DNA of 64,000 nt, from positions 928,001-992,000 of the forward strand of contig CAXXVL010000002.1 of NCBI GenBank assembly GCA_963667845.2, given 5' to 3'. Positions 60,634 to 64,000 of the stretch are shown here, piece by piece (positions within the stretch are counted from its first letter, which is position 1; every line of letters begins with the position of its first letter). The stretch comes from Smithellaceae bacterium (GTDB taxonomy: Bacteria > Desulfobacterota > Syntrophia > Syntrophales > Smithellaceae). The notes beneath the pieces are model-generated. The model was not told the DNA's origin. It searched no databases and saw nothing but the letters and a program-made list of their open reading frames with translations. A program made the translations under genes and the position numbers.

Positions 60634-62211
60634 ATGAAATATTCAATGAAAGCAAAAATATTGTTCTTAGTCGGCCTCGCTTATTTGATTACAGTTATCG
60701 CTGTGGTCGGCCTGACGGTTTACTTGTCGGGAAACATCGCCGACGAGGTAGCCGCTGTTGTCGATAACGGACAGGTCGAGGTATATTCACAGAGGCTGGG
60801 CGGTATTGCCGGAGAAATTGACCAAAGCTACCAGGGCCTGCAAACGGTGATCAACAGCACCGGACTCGCCGGTACCGACATGGCCAAAACCTATGAAGCA
60901 GAGGCCCAGACAAACATCATCAATGCACTGAAAAAGAAATATTATGCGGAAAAGCAGTTAAAGGATACGGACATTTTCCCTTTTATTATAGATGCCCGGA
61001 CGGATGTTATCCTCCATCCATTTTTAGAAAAGGGAAACTCCACATTGAAACAGGCTGGATTCGCCGAGCTCCTTTCAGAAGCCAAGCAGAATGTCTTCCG
61101 GTATCAACAGGGAAATTTGACAAAATGGGTCTTCTTCAAAAAGTTTGCTCCCTGGGGCTGGACCGTTTGTTATGTCGTTCCTGACAGTCTGAAAAACGCC
61201 GGAGTCTATAAAGTGAGCAACCTTCTCGACACCATGGGGTACATGCTTGCCTTGATGATCTTTTTGTTCGCTATTGCAGTTATGTTTTGCCTTACCTGGT
61301 TTATCACCCGATTTATTACCCGACCCATCGGAGGGGTGATCCTCGGCCTCAATGATGCATCGGAACAGGTTGCAGTTTCCGCGGCGCAGGTGTCGGCATC
61401 GAGCCAGTCCTTAGCCGGAGGAGCATCCGAGCAGGCCGCATCTCTGGAGGAAACCTCTTCGTCCATGGAAGAAATGTCTTCAATGACCAAGCAGAATGCC
61501 AATAACGCCGGTCAGGCCAAAGCGATGATGGGAGAAGCCGGCCAAATTGTTCAGAAGGTCAGCGGACATATGGATGAGATGGGCACGGCCATCGCGGAAA
61601 TTACGAAGACAAGCGAAGAGACCGCGAAAATTATTAAAACCATTGATGAGATCGCGTTCCAGACCAACCTGTTGGCCTTGAACGCGGCAGTGGAAGCGGC
61701 CCGGGCGGGCGAAGCCGGGGCTGGTTTTGCAGTGGTCGCCGATGAAGTGAGGAATCTGGCCCTGCGTTCGTCAGAGGCGGCAAAAAATACGAACAACCTC
61801 ATCGACAATACCATCAAAGCTGTAAAAACCGGCAACGAGTTGACGAAGAAGACTCAGGAAGCATTTAAGGAAAACATTTCCATTTCCAATAAGATCAGCC
61901 AGTTGATTGATGAAATCGCCACCGCTTCACAGGAGCAGGCCAAGGGCATCTCGGAAGTGAGTGCCGGAATAGCTGAAATGAATGGAGTAACCCAGCATTC
62001 GGCAGCCACCGCCGAGCAATCGGCCAGTGCCTCAGAAGAAATGAATCTTCAGGCTCAAAAGATGAAAAGCTACGTAGCAGATCTGAGTGAAGTAGTGGGC
62101 GGAGGATCATTCGTCCAAACGGATCATCACAGTGAGTCTGCCGACCTCAGGATCTCGTCATCCAGGGCTCAACTAAAAGAGAAACGTGAAAGGACGGCGC
62201 TGCTCCGCTGA
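60634..62211 (+). CDS. Methyl-accepting chemotaxis protein with periplasmic Cache-like domain
   Basis: Two TM helices, F..F.PWGW.V, signalling domain [40 protein letters not shown]. Confidence 0.95.
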   Translation: MKYSMKAKILFLVGLAYLITVIAVVGLTVYLSGNIADEVAAVVDNGQVEVYSQRLGGIAGEIDQSYQGLQTVINSTGLAGTDMAKTYEAEAQTNIINALKKKYYAEKQLKDTDIFPFIIDARTDVILHPFLEKGNSTLKQAGFAELLSEAKQNVFRYQQGNLTKWVFFKKFAPWGWTVCYVVPDSLKNAGVYKVSNLLDTMGYMLALMIFLFAIAVMFCLTWFITRFITRPIGGVILGLNDASEQVAVSAAQVSASSQSLAGGASEQAASLEETSSSMEEMSSMTKQNANNAGQAKAMMGEAGQIVQKVSGHMDEMGTAIAEITKTSEETAKIIKTIDEIAFQTNLLALNAAVEAARAGEAGAGFAVVADEVRNLALRSSEAAKNTNNLIDNTIKAVKTGNELTKKTQEAFKENISISNKISQLIDEIATASQEQAKGISEVSAGIAEMNGVTQHSAATAEQSASASEEMNLQAQKMKSYVADLSEVVGGGSFVQTDHHSESADLRISSSRAQLKEKRERTALLR

Positions 62212-62494
62212 TGAAGGAAAGAAAAAGGGAGATCGGGAAAAAGCAGTGGCCAGGAGTTCTTTACTCCCGTGAAAGCGCAAATATTGAAGGATTTCTGATT
62301 CGCCTTTTCCAAGTCCGAATTGGAACTTGATAAACCGGAGCTTGGAAACATAAAGTTCGCAAAACCCCATGATGCGGGAGGCCCGGCGCCTTCCCGGATC
62401 ATGGGGTTGAAATTGATTCAAAGCGATTGGACGGACGACTCTCGAGCGAAGAGAAAAAGATCCATTTGCTTTCTCTATTTCTTCTTTATCCGCT

Positions 62495-62813
62495 TTAATC
62501 CAAAGCCCCGCTAGGCGCGGATACTACATTCTCGGGATCAGGGATGCATTTTCCCAGAGTCCGCCGTCGACGATCGGTGTCTTGGCAAAAACTATTGATC
62601 CCGGCTTTACAATCATAACGGCAGCTCAGCTGCCCGCAAGCGAACTCCCTTCTTTCCCCTTTTTTTTCGGGTTTGACGTTGTTACAGAACGCGGCAATAT
62701 TTTTTTCGCACGGGTTTTGCCGGCCGTACATATTTTTATAACTGAACATTACCGCAAGGCACACGACAGCAGGCACTTTAGCTGCAAAAAAAATTCTCCG
62801 CGTATATCTTCAT
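62495..62813 (-). pseudogene. Degenerate exported cysteine-rich-repeat protein
   Basis: Signal-like hydrophobic stretch, then PCEKNIAAFCNNVKP and CKAGINSFCQD...KC; the ATG at 62813 with RBS AAGGA is out of frame. Confidence 0.3.
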
Positions 62814-62982
62814 TCCATCCTTCTGCTATTTTTTACCGTGGCACCACTCTTAACGTCCTCAAAGGGCACCGTTGCTTTCCTGCCGAACCATCGGATTACC
62901 GAAATAACGGGGGAAGATAAGTGAATCTGACTGCATAATAACTTATTATTGTGGATGCCGATCGACAAGAAATTGACCTTTG

Positions 62983-63080
62983 ATCCCGCGCACGCGGGAC
63001 GAGCGTTAATCCTCCGCAGCTTGCTGCGAAATAATGACGTTTATTTCATCCCTCGACAGCTTGCTGCGAGGTGGTTGATT
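62983..63080 (+). repeat. Dispersed ~97 bp repeat, copy 2
   Basis: Direct-orientation homolog of 32786-32882. Confidence 0.9.
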
Positions 63081-63251
63081 ATTTTCGGGGTTGAATCTTT
63101 GAACTTTATATTTAGATATGTTTGTTATATTGAAAAAACCGCACAGGATCTATGCAGCTGATGGGTGTTACCGTCTCTCTTCTATCATCCGTAACGCCGG
63201 AGTGTTCAATCCCATCTGCTATTCGATCCGCAGGATGGAGGCAAGACCACG

Positions 63252-64000
63252 ATGATTGAAAAAGGCAAAGCGTATGCCCCCGGCGAATGCTATGATTATC
63301 AGTTATTGATCAAACACATTCTGGAGAGCCCGCGCGTTTATGCGCCGGAGCAGGAAATCCTCTACCGGGACAAAGTTCGGATGACCTATCGGGATTTATT
63401 CTCGCGCATTCAAAGATTGGCCAGCGCTCTGACAAAGCTGGGTGTCGAATTCGGAGACACGGTTTGCATGTTCGATTATGACTCCCACCGGTACCTGGAA
63501 TGCTTTTCGGGCGTGCCCATGATGGGCGCCGTTTTGCATACCCAGAACTGGCGGCTTTCACCCGAGCAGATTCTCTTCACGATGAATCACGCGGAAGATA
63601 AGGTTGTCCTCATTCACGCCGATTTTGTTTCTATGCTGGAACCCCTCTGGCAGAAACTGACCACGGTAAAGAAATTCATTTTGATCACAGAGGATGGGCA
63701 GAAACCCGCTTCGGAGATTCCGTTTGACGCTGAGTATGAAACTATGCTGGGCGCGGCCGCTCCGTCTTATGACTTTCCCGATTTCGATGAACGGACGAAG
63801 GCGACCACCTTCTATACGACGGGGACGACAGGGCTTCCCAAGGGCGTCTACTTTTCACACCGTCAACTCGTCCTGCATACGCAATCCGGCGTGATCAGTC
63901 AGGGGGCATTTGAATCGGTCTGTCGCTTTCGCTCCAATGATGTGTATATGCCGCTCACGCCGATGTTTCACGTTCACGCCTGGGGCGTGCCTTACGGCGC
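63252..64000 (+). CDS. Fatty-acid--CoA ligase (medium-chain/DmdB-like), truncated by window end
   Basis: Hand translation MIEKGKAYAPGECYDYQLLIKHIL...DYDSHRYLECF.GVPMMGAVLHT.N.RL...FYTTGTTGLPKGVYFSHRQLVLH; RBS GGAGG. Confidence 0.9.
   Translation, partial: MIEKGKAYAPGECYDYQLLIKHILESPRVYAPEQEILYRDKVRMTYRDLFSRIQRLASALTKLGVEFGDTVCMFDYDSHRYLECFSGVPMMGAVLHTQNWRLSPEQILFTMNHAEDKVVLIHADFVSMLEPLWQKLTTVKKFILITEDGQKPASEIPFDAEYETMLGAAAPSYDFPDFDERTKATTFYTTGTTGLPKGVYFSHRQLVLHTQSGVISQGAFESVCRFRSNDVYMPLTPMFHVHAWGVPYG

Overview
A 64 kb chromosomal window from an anaerobic bacterium. The acyl-CoA ligases, 3-hydroxyacyl-CoA dehydrogenase, TetR regulators and GTAG-type REPs suggest a Deltaproteobacterium/Desulfobacterota, possibly Syntrophales-like; this is inference only. 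The left part (0-32.6 kb) holds a putative lipid synthesis/export cluster (LolD/LolE-like ABC transporter, LolA-like protein, beta-barrel, SPT/AONS-family PLP enzyme). It also holds housekeeping genes (dxs, ispA, xseBA, lpdA, queF, carB, yhbY, ettA), fatty-acid genes including a frameshifted acyl-CoA ligase, and ccdA/tlpA. The centre (33.1-56.2 kb) is a same-strand cluster of about 23 kb: YeiH/TauZ-type transporter, dsrABD-dsrN-dsrC, an extra dsrM-like/dsrK-like pair, dsrMKJOP, ackA, xsc (sulfoacetaldehyde acetyltransferase), an SDR, a second ThDP enzyme, MFS, Zn-dehydrogenase, a small unknown protein and TetR, ending at the 3' end of tRNA-Leu(CAG). This looks like a self-contained organosulfonate-respiration system: Xsc desulfonation giving acetyl-phosphate (ATP via AckA) and sulfite (reduced by Dsr), with uncharacterised feeder enzymes. 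The right part has ribF, asd, a putative sigma54-driven binding protein plus MCP, and a partial acyl-CoA ligase. Several dispersed repeat families and candidate operators are visible. I found no CRISPR, rRNA, integrase or transposase.
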